DNA from: Amphiscolops sp. MND2022 | Lineage: Eukaryota | DNA length: 64,000 bases | NCBI GenBank assembly: GCA_964187785.1 | Contig: OZ076409.1 | Span: forward strand, 4,094,001 to 4,158,000 | Direction of reading: 5' to 3' | Shown here: piece after piece, positions 1 through 12,920 of the stretch | Layout of the letters: each line of letters begins with the position of its first letter | Numbering within the stretch: the stretch's first letter is position 1 | Program-made: the position numbers and the translations under genes | Notes under the pieces: generated by a model | Told to the model about the DNA's origin: nothing | Databases searched by the model: none | Seen by the model: the letters and a program-made list of their open reading frames with translations, nothing else

Positions 1-979
1 TCTACAATTGCTACGATTTGTTCATTGAGTAGAAAACTGTCATTTCCTCCTACATTTTCAAATTAAAGAAGTTTTAATTTATCCACTAATTCGTCTGGAT
101 CAGATGGGAGGAAGACGTACTGTTTGTGTAGCTTCGCGTAGCTTCGCCATTTAATCCACTTCCCACCTAATTGTTATCGATAGTATTAACCCCAAGGGGG
201 AAACTGCGCGGATTGTTGATGGCGAGAGTACAACGCTTCAATAAAATAACATCTCGTTGATTTTTTATCTCTATAATATATGTTATATTCATATCATTTA
301 GGGAACTATAAATTGTGTCCAGGTTATTTATTTCTCTATCAAATTGAGTGTTAGTTATAAAATGTTGAAGATCTGGGTCATTTAGATTGTATGAATGCTC
401 ATTCTGGAAAGTCATTGTTGAACCTTTGATTAGTACAGGTTGTGGATTGAAGGGGTTAATTGTGAATAAAGTCGGGTTGTCTTGTGTAATTGGTTCTAAA
501 CTAAATTGACTTTTGTTTTTGTCATTAAGAAGGTTGGAAACTGTCTTAACGATACTAGAATCAACTTGGTTGGAATTAACAAGACTGGCAAGGAGCTGGT
601 TATTGCGATTTGTAATATCATTATAATATTGTAATTTGTAAGTTTTTTTGCAGATTATTATTACTTTCTTGTATTCCTTCTTTAATAGCTCTTGTCTGAT
701 CTTCTATTGCCTGTGTGGTTGTTTGAGAAGAATCATGTAGTTGTTGGTTAATGGCTTGTAGTTGCCTTTCAGATGCCTGAATTTGCTTTTCAGATAATTG
801 TTTCTGGTTTTCAGTAGCTTCCGCCTGCTTTGTAGTAACAGGTTCAAAAACTTTTTCCATATCGTAGTGAAAGTCTTGCTTCCCTAGTTTCTCTTTTAAC
901 CTTTCTTTGTGTAGTAAAGATTTTGTTTCTTGCAATTTTTTAATTTTTCCAAGTCGTCCCTATTACGAATTGAATACAT
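1..979 (-). pseudogene. Polinton-associated coiled-coil protein with C-terminal LPSDPDELVDKLKLL..GGN..NEQIVAIV motif, disrupted
   Basis: ATG at 979; ORF pieces 621-935 and 167-415. Reverse complement of 1-125 reads YVFLPSDPDELVDKLKLL*FENVGGNDSFLLNEQIVAIV, a motif I recognise from Polinton/adintovirus proteins. Confidence 0.65.
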
Positions 980-1005
980 TTATTAAGTATAATTAGTAAA
1001 TATAT

Positions 1006-1403
1006 TTAATGAATTTTCCCCAAATATAAACCCTTCCCTTGATGAACAAATTTTAGAATATCAGGAGCAGTTGCAGCAATGAGTTTTGGATTTTTACTTG
1101 CTGCTGCAGTTCCAATATTTGCTGCTATTTCCAATGCGCGGCCTGGATTATTGAGTATTTTCTTTCCAACATTCTTGGCTGCAGAACCCAAATGTTTAAA
1201 GAAGTCTCCTAATACTTCCCCATTTATTGTTTCATCTGATACAATAAGACTTTTATTTCTTCTACAAGTAGTGGAAGTACCTCTTAATAGTTTTACAGGT
1301 AATCCTGTTTTTTTTGTGTAATATCTCCACGAATATTTGTGGTAGCGGAATAATGTTTTCCACCAACACAATATGAATTGTTTTTAAATTTATTGAAACT
1401 CAT
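1006..1403 (-). pseudogene. Small Polinton virion protein: Cys-containing N-terminus plus basic amphipathic helix (pVI/cupiennin-like), frameshifted
   Basis: CVGG...TCRRNKS followed by GEVLGDFFKHLGSAAKNVGKKILNNPGRAL; lies next to the penton and protease genes. Confidence 0.6.
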
Positions 1404-1431
1404 ATACTGTTATTAAATCTAATTTAATTAA

Positions 1432-2502
1432 TTAAATCTTGATAATTTGAACTGTAAATGTTAATGTCTCCCCGTTGAAATCAACTCTGTTGTGGATGGA
1501 GTCTTCAAGGAAAAATTGGATGATGTCCAGTCGTGTTTTGTTTATTTTTTTTTACAAAACAGTGGTTGGTTCTTCTATGACTTTATATCCGGGTCATATA
1601 CATCCATTAAAATTAAATGAAAATAAAATTTGTTCTCGTATACCATTAACAATTGAACCATCTACGCAGTCACACTTCAGATGAACTTTGTTTGTGGTTG
1701 TTATCATGACAGGTTTTTCTGAAGTGTGAGTTCCCGCTTGGTAAACCTTGTTTGTAAATCCAAGGACTTTGTTAAGATCAGAGTTAAAATGAATAGGATT
1801 TGAGGTTGTTGAAACTGATTTCATCGATATTGTGTCGGGTATTATGTTGAATTCAATACTAAAAACTGTAAGATCTTTTTTGAATTTTGGTTTGTCAACC
1901 AAGTCATACTCCGAATCAGTAATTATTTGCTTAATGGCATTATTTATTTCAATCAGTTCCTATACACCTGGTACTAACTGTATTTCAATAAACTCATTCT
2001 CAATTTCAAAGTTTGGAATAGTTATAGCAATGTTGCTCTTTATTTGCTGTAAATAGTCAAAATCTTTTGTTTTTGGCAGTTTCTTCTTTTTTTTTATAAC
2101 TAGTTGTTAGAAATATGTTAGCTTTTTCTATATATTCATAGTAAAGTTTATTATTTTCTAAATTATAAGTTTCATATAGTTTTTTATATTCGGCACCACT
2201 CCAGTGTCAAACTCAAGTGCATCGTGTTGTTCATCTTTGAGAAGAATTTGTAGTTTGTTATTCTTTTCAGTAATTGTATATACGGTGTTGTATACTTCTA
2301 AACTTGTTACCCCCATCATCCATTTTTCATTTAGTTGGAGAGGAACATCAAATGAGAAAGATTCTTTTTGTTTAGTCATTTTAAATTCTAGAGTTTCTTG
2401 TGGGTTAGAATGAGTATTTTCAACAATTTCTTGATTAGATTTTGCAATACTTAAAAGAAAAGATTCTTTTTTATCATATGTTACAAAGGTTGATAGATCC
2501 AT
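1432..2502 (-). pseudogene. Polinton minor capsid (penton-like) protein, frameshifted
   Basis: ORF pieces 2158-2502 and 1594-1902; VHLKCDCVDGSIVNGIREQILFSF, then in another frame PGYKVIEEPTTVL..KINK...VDFNGETLTFTVQIIKI*. Confidence 0.75.
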
Positions 2503-2710
2503 TTATTAAGAAAAAATTATGCATGAAATTGTTTAAATCTACTAGCAACTATGTTATTTATGAATTCTTGCCTATCTTTCGATAATTTTTTCTTGTTCGG
2601 ATTCTTGTTCGCGAAGCTACGCGGATTCTTATACGCGAAGCTACGTGGATTCGGAATATTTTTATGAGATTGTATAATTCTAAATTGAGCTGAATAAGTA
2701 TTAATTTTCT

Positions 2711-3120
2711 TCACTTATTAGTCATGAATAACTGGTAGTATAAGTTTAGTACAGCATTGTTGAAGCCAATTAGGTGTGTAAGAAATAAAATGTATAAACA
2801 AAAAGCTGCACAATAGCTACCATTTTTCTGAATTTGATATTCTGAATAAATACCAGATTTAATGAAACTCATTATGTTAAGTGGAGGTGGACAGCCATAT
2901 GAATCAAAATAAAACTCGTTAACAAACATAACCCAATGTGTTCCTTTAGTTGGATGTAAGTTAACTATACCACTGGTAGTGGTAAACTTATCATCTCTCA
3001 TGTATATTCCACACTCGGTTATGTTCATGAATTTTAAGATTTCTTTTGTTTTTACATTAAAGTTGCTTCATTTGTTAGTCTGTATTTTTCAGCAAATTCT
3101 TTGAGTGATAAATATTTCAT
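2711..3120 (-). pseudogene. Adenain-like cysteine protease (Polinton maturation protease), 5' frameshift
   Basis: Motifs IVNL..GTHWV, YFDSYGCPPP and QIQ..GSYCAAFCL (His/Asp/Gln/Cys catalytic order). Upstream ATG at 3120 is in a different frame. Confidence 0.85.
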
Positions 3121-3640
3121 TTATTAGTTATTTTGCCATGTTAAAATCACCTAAACTGAGAAAAACCAAAATTGGAATGTCGTATTTTTTATTTATGTGT
3201 TGTGTTTTGCGTTGCGAAAATTTGCGTGGTGGTTATTTTTGCAGAGCTTCGCGCAAAACGTCGCGAACACTTGTGTCACCACTTGGATGCACATGGCCTG
3301 ACGTTGTGAAAAAACGCTAATTTCAATAATTTGCCCAACTTGAATGTTTTTGTTGCTTGGCCTGAATCGGCATTTCGCTTACTACTTAGCATGCTTTTAC
3401 ATTATTTCCTATGACGTAATTATTATGTAACGTGGATTGTGCCCCGGTTATGTTCAGCAGCTTTAGATAAGAGTATGAACAATCAACGAGAGAAAGCAAA
3501 GCGAACAATTTCAAAAATGGTAATAATGGTACCAACTAATGAAAGAGACCTTAATGAAGTTTTTCAACTACTGGAATCCTGTTCTTTCAATCCAAAAATT
3601 TTCATTCCAAAGAGCTGGTAAAATAATAGTTTTTTTGATA

Positions 3641-4790
3641 GTGTCGCAGGCTGCCGCTTGTGACGGTACCAAAATAACTACGACGGCAAGCGGACAAGAA
3701 GTAGCACCCGGTACATTACCCATATACTAGGAATTAAAACTCCATGAACTTTTTATATTGCTTTTACCTTGAGATACAATGTTTTTGTAAATTAAACGGA
3801 TAGATGTCCTTATTGGAAACTATTCCCACATTTCAATATTACGATAAATATTTCAATGTGAATCCTGGTTTGTTAAGATTTTAGTTTAATTGTTGCGCAT
3901 TAGTCTGTAAACGTGAATTTGCTATTCAATGTGCTGTAACGATAAAGTCAATTCAAAGCTGAATAGAATTATCTGCAAGGCAATAAGGAAACGAGTTCAA
4001 GTGAACGCAACTCTGATTCCGGAAACCTCACTTGAGATCAACATTCCAACCAATCACGTTGCTTCATTTTGTTGTACTGGTGCGACTTTAATTAAATAGT
4101 GGTCAAGTAAGGCCAATTGACTCAAGGTAATTATTTTAATCTACGCTTTGGTCAAATGGCCGATTTCGGCCATTTCAAACAGACACAATTTTGCTACTTT
4201 AATTATCGTAGTAACCAACCTATGCTACTGTAATTGTGATCTTAGTACCAAATTATCGTTCTTGTCCTGTTCTGATGATTTAATGAGGCTGATATTTCAT
4301 TAATGGACGAATAAGGCAATTTGCCCCTTTTCTTCCAATGCTCATCTAATAATTTGGATTTGGCCAAATCCGGCCCTATTATGAAAACGCTGTATTTTAC
4401 GCTATTATAGTAAATAGTATTGTGTTGAAGTATCCATAAGACTTTGCATCTATTTTCATTCTTAAGCGAACTCAACCTCACTCATGTGGAGGCACGTGCC
4501 GACCCCGTTCTGTGAAGTTGAATGCGTCAAATTCCATTGTTGCATAGTAACACTTGTTGACACCCTAATAATGATGTTTTGTTAGTTATGTTGTTTGAAG
4601 TTGCGGTATGAGTTAAATACCTTTCAAAATGTTGTCTGCTAAATTCCCAGGATATGTAGAATATTGGGAAAATGTCATGTGCATTACATACCTTATGACA
4701 TCAATCTTGACTAGAAATATGTGGAAAATGTGGGCGTATTCCACTCAGGGGTATAAATACCGGTGTTTAGCCTGAGTGGGACACAAATCA
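3641..4790 (+). repeat. Left copy of element 1 direct repeat (LTR-like)
   Basis: GTGTCGCAGGCTGCCG...GGGACACAAATCA is repeated at 14309-15465 with scattered mismatches. Confidence 0.9.
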
Positions 4791-4795
4791 GATTT
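4741..4795 (+). promoter_or_regulatory. Probable TATA box and initiator of element 1
   Basis: GGGGTATAAATA about 30 nt upstream of TCAGATT; gag ATG follows at 4882. Confidence 0.55.
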
Positions 4796-4881
4796 AACGT
4801 ATCTAGTAAAGATTGTTCTACAAACGGTTTACTGTTATTTTCCGAGTTAAGTAATTCATTGTTTATTTCGGACTTTTCTCA

Positions 4882-5355
4882 ATGCCTACTACTAGAAAGC
4901 AAAAGAAAGCGAGAAAATCAAGAGGCTTAGAAATCCTCTCAGATATTGAGAACCTTGACATCATGCTAGGTGAGAATCACTTCAATGAAACTGAAAGGGA
5001 TGAGAGCTTAGACAGTGCTTCCGTCAGAAGACATGATAGTGTTACGAGCAAAAATCTAGAAAATGAAGGTGGTAGCTCATACTCTAATCATATGAATTCT
5101 ATTGTCAGAGCAAACACCGTTAACGGACAAAATTCAGCAGACGTGAGTTCTCAAACTGAGTGCGGCACTTGTGGCAAGAAGAACCATCCGGAAGAACGAT
5201 GTTGGCAAGTCGCAGGTGCACACCTTAAACCCAAGCGCACCAGATCCGAGGATTCAAACGATAACAAATTGAATTCCAAAGCTCAAAAACCTCCGATTCA
5301 GCCAACATCGTCCAATTCTCAATCCTCATCTTCCAATGATGAGTCAAAAAACTAG
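4882..5355 (+). pseudogene. gag: gag remnant, apparently internally deleted (N-terminus fused to zinc knuckle)
   Basis: CGTCGKKNHPEERC is a CX2CX4HX4C knuckle only about 93 aa after the start; there is no room for a capsid domain. Confidence 0.7.
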
Positions 5356-5839
5356 CTTCGCCACGACTCCAATAAAACCAGCTAGTCTCTGTCCGACAAA
5401 ACATCAAATCGGACCCTCCAACTAAAAACTTTCACAATTACCAACAACAATTGATGGGCTATCCTTCTGTTGTCTGGCAGCAACAGATGGAAAGAGCTAC
5501 CATGATTACCTACAATAATACCCATTTGTTCCAGAAACCAACTCCTGTTTGGGATCCTGATCATACAGCTACCTTTGCCACCCAATTCAGGCCCATTCCC
5601 CTGGTAGATGATTATAATCCTACATACATTGACCCAGATTATGGACGAGACCCTTATTGGGACACTGAACTATACAATCAAGACCTGTTACAGTTCCAGT
5701 ATGTCCTAGATGACATCGAACACTACAACAAGACAGCACACGAAAACCCTCCAATTACCCACAACAAGAAAACCAGAGCGCTAATTGAAAACTGGCAAAT
5801 GAATGATGGTACAAACCATCCGGTGTTCCCAAACCCCTA

Positions 5840-8800
5840 GGGAACCGAGAATACTGAAACCTGTGACGAACCAATCTCGCAATCATTATTAGATGAAAAA
5901 CAATTCCAGAATATCCTCATTTCCAAAGACGCCGAACCAGACTGTGTACCCCTGTCAACAACCATCAAACTTAAATGCAAAAAACGCATGTTGTATTTCC
6001 CAATGGACTTTGAGGAATTGTCCATAGATGGACTAATTGATACTGGGGCACTTTCTAGTGCAATCCCAGAAATGAACCTCCGGAATATCCGACTCCTATC
6101 TCCACAATCAGTTATCCGGGAAGGTCCACCTCCGAATTTCCAAATCATGGTCGCAAACGGGCAACCAGACACTCCTAAGAGTATGATAGAGCTTAAATTT
6201 GAAGTTGGTGACATTGAGTTTCACGAAATTTTCATGGTAATGGAACATTTGACAGGACCGATTATTGGACTAATGTTCCTTCAGAGAAACCATACAGTGC
6301 TGGACATGAGGCAAGGAATACTGAACTTCCCGTTCTTTTCGATGCAGCTGAAAACAGCTGACCACAAATACTCCAACGTACTAGAGCCGATTCTCAACCC
6401 CACTGAGATAACCATTCCGCCAAATGACAGAATCCTAATTAGGACCAACTCCTTACTGTAGCCTGAGAATGCTGTTACTGGCATTTTACAACCGAGTGAC
6501 CTTCTACATGAAGAAGGGGACATCACATTTTGCCCAGCCTTGGTCACCCTGAATGATGGAAGTATACTGATACCAGTGAACAATTTCACGAACCACCCTT
6601 ACAAACTTAAAAAGGACTTCATATTGCCAATTTTTCTGTCATGACGCCGGAACAAATGAAGTACGTACGTCAAACAGATAGATCCGGCATCAACCTGGCA
6701 CTTCCTACAACAGGACAAGAGCAAGCGGCTCACTATGTCAGCAGTCTCATCAAGGCGATTAAAAACCCGCAAAGTCAAGAACATTACTGGTTTCTAGTTC
6801 CGAAGATCCCAGGCAACCCGGAAGAACATACACCAATACAGAAAAGGCTCTTACGAGAATTACAAGCCTTACAGGACCAGGAGACCCTTGATACTACAAA
6901 AGATCCAGAATCTCGGTCAAAGTTCCTTCAAAACTTCGACTGGAAAGACTCTACTCTGACTCCTGAAGACAAGGACAAAATCGAAGACTTATCAGTGGAA
7001 TTCCATGACATCTTTGCTCGACACCGATTCGATATAGGCATGAATGAGGACTTTAAGGTAAAACTTACACCTAAAGACGATTCCCCAGCCTATAGCCAGA
7101 GCCTCCCAGCACAAATAAATTTGAAGGAGGACAAATTAGTCGAACTAGCAATGCCCCTTAAATATGGAATTATAACGACTCTACCATTTTGGAAATACAC
7201 CAGCCCAATATTTGCACAAAAGAAACCAAATGGGAAACTCCGACTCCTGGTTGACTTGAGAAAAATCAACAACCTAATCTCCGACGAGTATATCAATAAT
7301 AACCACCCAGTCAGTACCCTAGTCGACGCTGCCCAGCACATGGCAGGCAAGAAACTCATTTGCGAATTGTACTGTTCACAAGCGTATCATTGCCTCCAGA
7401 TGGCTGACCAACGTTGAATCGAAATGTTAGCATTCAACTTTGCAAGCCGCACGTTCGCATACCTACGTTTGGCACAGGGCCTTAGTCGGTCACTGTCCGC
7501 ATTTTCAAGCTTCATGAGGGAATACCTTGACAAAGTCATAAAAGTGGATCATAAAAGCCCAGTACGTAGATCAGCTAACGACGCTGATCACCTCATTGCC
7601 AACCTGAGAGCAACTTTTAATTGCATTCAGGAGGCAGGCCTTGAATTGACAATGCACAAAGTCATTTGGGTGCCACAGAAAATGATTTCTTCGGCAGAAC
7701 AATCACCTCACAAGGCGTCAAACCCCAAAGGCAAAATGTTCAAAACTTCCTTGGAAAAACCAAATTCCCAAAGTCGAAAAAAGTTTTACAGAGATATTTG
7801 GGCTTCCTGAACAACTACCGAATATACGCCTCGCTCCAATCTACAAGATGCTGAAAAGCGACGAAAAAGTCCTGATAACGAAAGAATTGGTTCAACAATT
7901 TGAGGAAATCAACAAAGCGCTTGACAGATGTTGTGATTTGGCCCTACCACAACCCATTCCCAACAAGCAAATTGCGATGATGACTGACGCAAGCTTTGGT
8001 GCAGCCGGATACGCAGTCTTAATTGAAGACGACCCGAATCAGAAAATTACGTCACTCAGAAAGTCGTATGCACCGGTCGCTTACGGATCAAAAACCTTCA
8101 CCCCAGCAAAAATCAAGACGTCGATTTATGCCAAGGAATTTCTTGCAATTTATTTTGCATTCAAAGGATTTGGCCATATTTTCTGGGGTGGTCACCCGAA
8201 TTGGTCATTATCCTCACAGACAACAAAGCAGATTGTTTCAAACGAAAATCGTAACCCCAGCTCTGTGGAATGCGTGTGACTATGTGATTCAGTTCAATTT
8301 TGTCATAGCACAAATCCCAGGAGAACAAAAAACAGCAGCAGCCTAATTGTCCCGTCTGAAAGCAGACCCGAGAGACAAATTGGTCATGAAAATCCGAGAA
8401 GATGTACAAACCCTACCCATCGAAATAAATTTCCAATCCGCAGGGGTGTCACAGGAAGAACAAATCTTCTACACCAACGACGATGAAACAGAGGAAGAAT
8501 ATTGGGCGACGAAAGAAGCAATCAGGAAAAATCTCGCCATAGACGAGCCCACTGTAACAATACAACTCTGTCCACAAATTTGGTCAAACAACAACATGAT
8601 ATACAAGTCCGATTGCGGAAGACGAACCAGATCATTATCGAGCAATCCGAAGATGCAGTACTACAACAATTGAAGGCAAAACTCCTTCATGAAGATTACT
8701 CATAGATTCTACTGCAACAGGACGCCCGATAAAGACATTACGCCAACAACTTGGAAGGAATCTAAGTCAAGGATGAGATCCTGACCAGGCAATACTATGA

Positions 8801-10521
8801 CGAAACAGGGAATGTAAAATACCATCAAATTCTACTCCCGCAACACTTACTCCAGGAATTGCTTCAATTTCTACATGGGACAGCTCATAAACACCCTGGA
8901 ATCTCGAAAATGTTGCAAGAGATCAGACAGAGGTATTACTACCTTAGCATGGCAAAACATGTTAAAAAGTGGGTAGAAGGGTGTGAACAATGCGCAAGAG
9001 ACAAACGAGTCCCTAATACAACGATTACGCCTGAACTGCTCAACTTGCCGGAGTGGGAACTTGGACCCGAAGACGCCATGCAGATCGACTTATTGCCAAA
9101 TCTTCCCCCAAGTGGAGGGTATGAAATTGTCCTAACGGCAATCGATGTATTCTCCAGATTTCTATTCGCCTATCCTCTTACAGACGCATCAGCGATCAAT
9201 GTATCAAAAGTAATCATTGATATTATGACCAAACATGCATACCTACCGACGACGCTTGTTACTGATAAAGGCACTGCATTCACTTCCACAATTATTGCCG
9301 AAATTACGCAAATTTTGGGAATCACACTCAAATGCGCCACAACAAAGCATCCGCAAACAATTGGGAAATTGGAGCGGACTCATGCCTCATTGAACAAATC
9401 TCAAAATGGCATGTGGTGAATACCGCCGACAATGACATAAATACTTGCCATTAGCAGTCCTGAATCATAATACCAGCTATCATGACAGTATCGGTTGTGA
9501 ACCGACAAGAGTGTTCCATGGAAGAATTCCATACAACGTCTTGGATCACAAGCTTGGAAGTAATCCAAACGAGCAGATCCACCCAACAACCGAATTTGCT
9601 GAAGAAATCCAAAACAGGACAAAAAGTTTGATTGACAAAACCAAACAAAAGATTATGCAGTCGTATATCAAGTACAAAGAATACTATGACCGCAAAGCAA
9701 AAGCTGCCCCATTAAAGGAGAATGAATACTGTTTCGTATTACAGCCGAAAGCGGATCATCAAGGTTCAAAAATCCCATTTCGAGATTATCGTTGGGTCGG
9801 ACCATTTATAGTCCAAAAAGCCTTACCTAATGAAAATTACATTGTCAGACGGATAAATAGAAAGAAGACTCAAGTATTGCATCGAATCCGCCTTAAAAAA
9901 TTTGTTCCCAATCAATCGCTTGAGGACAATTTCCGAGAACAGAGATTACAGCCTGATAACGAAATTGTCATTCCGCAAGACGACCAGTATATCATAACGT
10001 GGGAAACAGACTTTGGTGAACAGCTAGCTACACGAGGCAACGAACCTATTCCGACTAGCTGGCCAAACGGCGAACAGCCGAGTGCGGCACAACCGAATCC
10101 AAGTGACGCACAAGAGAATGAAGTGGATTTTATATAATCACGAGCGACGAATCGAATTACGCTGACCGTACGGCGCACAGCCGGAATGAACAATTAACTG
10201 ATGACGTCACTAGAAGAAATGAAGCTAGTGAAGCGACTAGAGATGAAGGATCTGATTGACCAAATCCGGCCGGTCACCCAAAAAGATCAAGAAAAATCTT
10301 TGCCGAATACGGATAAAGGACTGAAAATAGATGAAAAATTTTCACAAAGAAATCCGATGAATGAAAAAGCTCAACAAAACACTCCAAACAGGGGGGATGA
10401 TATTATCGTGCTCGAAATATCGCAAGATGATGTTAGAAACGGAAATCTGAGTCCTAGAGGTGGGAGATATAATCTCAGACCTAATCCTAATCCAAACTAC
10501 TCAGAGGACTTCAGATACTAG
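5840..10521 (+). pseudogene. pol: pol (aspartic protease, dUTPase-like spacer, RT, RNase H, integrase), fragmented
   Basis: LIDTGA; SPIFAQKKPNGKLRLLVDLRKIN; QGLSRSLSAFS; MTDASFGAAG..KEFLAI; HKHPG..CEQC, QIDL, TDKGTAF, GKLERTH. The YxDD motif is destroyed. Confidence 0.92.
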
Positions 10522-10750
10522 AAAAGTCTGAATTCAGCTCAGAAGACGAGCCCTGAATTCTATTTTCTTTTCTTTTTTCTTTTTTCCAAGTCCCATGACA
10601 GCAATTTTTGAATAAATAATGGGACGTATCGGTGACCCCTGCAGAAATCATAGATATGGGGTACAAAGAGAAAGTGGGAACAAACAAAACAACAAAAGGA
10701 ATGAACAAAAATTACGGTTTGAGTGTACATAAATACATATGTACAAATAA

Positions 10751-12920
10751 CTATTTAGACGATCCCTGCCTGGGGAAGCTCTTTACAGAAGAAGTTGGGG
10801 ACTTAGTCCCGGCACTCCCAGAACGCTTCCTCTTCATGCTACTAGGGATATCCAAAGCAGGCTGCTTGCTCAGGGCACTGGATGACGCAGTTTCTTCTAC
10901 AGTCCTAACGCTGGCAGAAGTGGTAACAGAAGCAGCCTTGTACGACGACAACAGAGACTTATATATTCGAGACCGCCCAAACGAGTCAAAAAAGGTCCAT
11001 GTGTCGTAGTCGTTAGCGAATGCGGCTCGTCCAAAGTCCACCGATAGAAATGAGAACTTTGCCAGACTATCGTCACTACTGCAATGGGCTACCGAATCAG
11101 ACACCCCAACCATGTAGTTTTGAGACGGGAGCGCCACATCAGTGAAACGACCTTTAAAATCAGACGAATTGATTCCCCCAATAACAACGGCGGGTGACGT
11201 AGGGCTGCTGGTTGTAAGACAAAGGCAACAGAGCTTAAACAAATACAGAGGGCGAGGACGATAATGTAAAAACTCGAGGCCCATCAGGAATCCAATCAGA
11301 TCTTGCGACGTCTCGGAGAAATCAAAATTGGAAGGATATGTACCTCGGAGGTAATCTAGAAGCTCAAGGTACTCATCTCGGTAAACGGACTCATCAGCAC
11401 TGGTTACCCAGGAACGCAGGAGTAAGGTAGTATACAGGGTCTCAAAGTGGCGAAGAGCAACTTCAGTCGGTCGCTTATGGAGAATAAAGGGATCAAAGGC
11501 AGCAAGTCCCTTAACGATATCGGAATTCAGTCCGGACTGACGAAGGGTAGCATCGAGGAGGTAACCAATGTATTGGAATGCGCTGGTTACGAAGTTTGTT
11601 TTTACTGCCTCAGCTGTTTTCTGGATAACAGACGGGGAAGCATCGGTACAGAGTGGATCCCTTCCGCTTTCTGTTTGCTGGCAGTATTGACTTTCAAGGT
11701 GAGTTTTTGCCGGATAAGAAACTCGTCCACGCTCATGTACTTTCCTTCCGAAGTTTTGAGAGCAAGAAGGACGAACCAGGCATTTTCGAGTGGGGCAGTA
11801 TCAGGGGTGTAGCATCGAAAGCATAACTTGTGGATGAAGCGACATACCTCTCCACACAGGAAAAATGATGCGTCTCGTCTCTGGCTCAAGTTAACTGCGA
11901 AGCTGGTTACATCTGAAAACATAAAGTAACATCCAAACTCGGACACACAACCAGCATTTTGAATGCTATAGAATCTACTAACAATCACTGACGAGGAGTC
12001 GAAAAAATTCCAGCTTAGCCACGAAGAATTCATCGCAAATAATTGACCATTCGAAACTCTGCACCTGCAACAGAAATATGTCCTGAAAACCCTGTTATAA
12101 CAGACCCTGAGATAAGGAAATTAAATCCTTTACAAGAGACTAGAAGGAACTTGACCAGAAAAGACATCTCGCCATTGAATGCACTCCTTGTCCTTCCTGT
12201 CTGGGGAGTACTTCGTCAGGTAAAGGGTGATCTGTTTCCAATGAGCAATGAGTTCGCGGCAGAGCTCGGGTATCTCCTGCAAGTTCAACCTGCTGGCAGC
12301 TAAAGCCTAAAAGAGACAAACCCAAGTAAACATAGGGCTCTAACCGCAACCAAACTACACCCTAACCTCATCCAGTCCTATGGCCCGATTATGTTATGAT
12401 CTACTTACCCGGCTGAGGTTGGTGGACTTGAGGACCCAGGGTTCGGCATGTGGGTTTCCAACGGCGACAATCAGAGCTTGGAGGACAGAAAAGAAGTCGA
12501 TCTTCCCAAACACAGAATAGCTCAGTTTGTGCATTAAAGTGGGAAGGTCCAAGTTGTCAAACCGGAAGCAGGTTTGGATCCCTCGGCTGAAGAAGGAAGA
12601 CTGATTAAGGGTTTGGATCAGACCAATGGGGTCCATAGAGCAGGCAACAATGTCAACGCTTGTAGACGTGACAGAGAGCAGACGCGGCAGACATCCCAGT
12701 TCGCCAGTTATATCCGTGGATGGCAGGGCACTACGGCACACAAAGACCCGGCACAACTCACTGCTTTTCCAGAACCGTATCGACATGAATCTGAAGGTCT
12801 TCTTCTTCTCGAATTCAACAGAGAAACATTGCTCGCTGGTAATTTGCTCGGCGATGTCTTCCATTGCTCGGTTGAAGTAATGCTGGAAAATGACCTACAC
12901 AAGAAACATCAAATTTAGAA
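10751..12920 (-). pseudogene. Antisense accessory ORF(s) of element 1, unknown function, disrupted
   Basis: Consecutive minus-strand ORFs 12394-12864, 11602-12033 and 10751-11284 with coding-like composition, converging on the pol stop. Confidence 0.55.

Larger units (their letters stand above)
1..3386 (-). mobile_element. Polinton/Maverick (adintovirus-like) element, decayed, one terminus present
   Basis: Co-oriented minus-strand adenain-like protease, penton-like gene, amphipathic-peptide gene and LPSDPDEL-motif gene. Ends in ACTACT (3381-3386; AGTAGT on the minus strand), the typical Polinton terminal trinucleotide repeat. Several stops and frameshifts. Confidence 0.85.

Noticed and set aside
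4242..4481. 79-aa ORF repeated at 14917-15156
   Set aside because: Lies within the terminal repeat; its recurrence is explained by DNA duplication and it has no recognisable motif.
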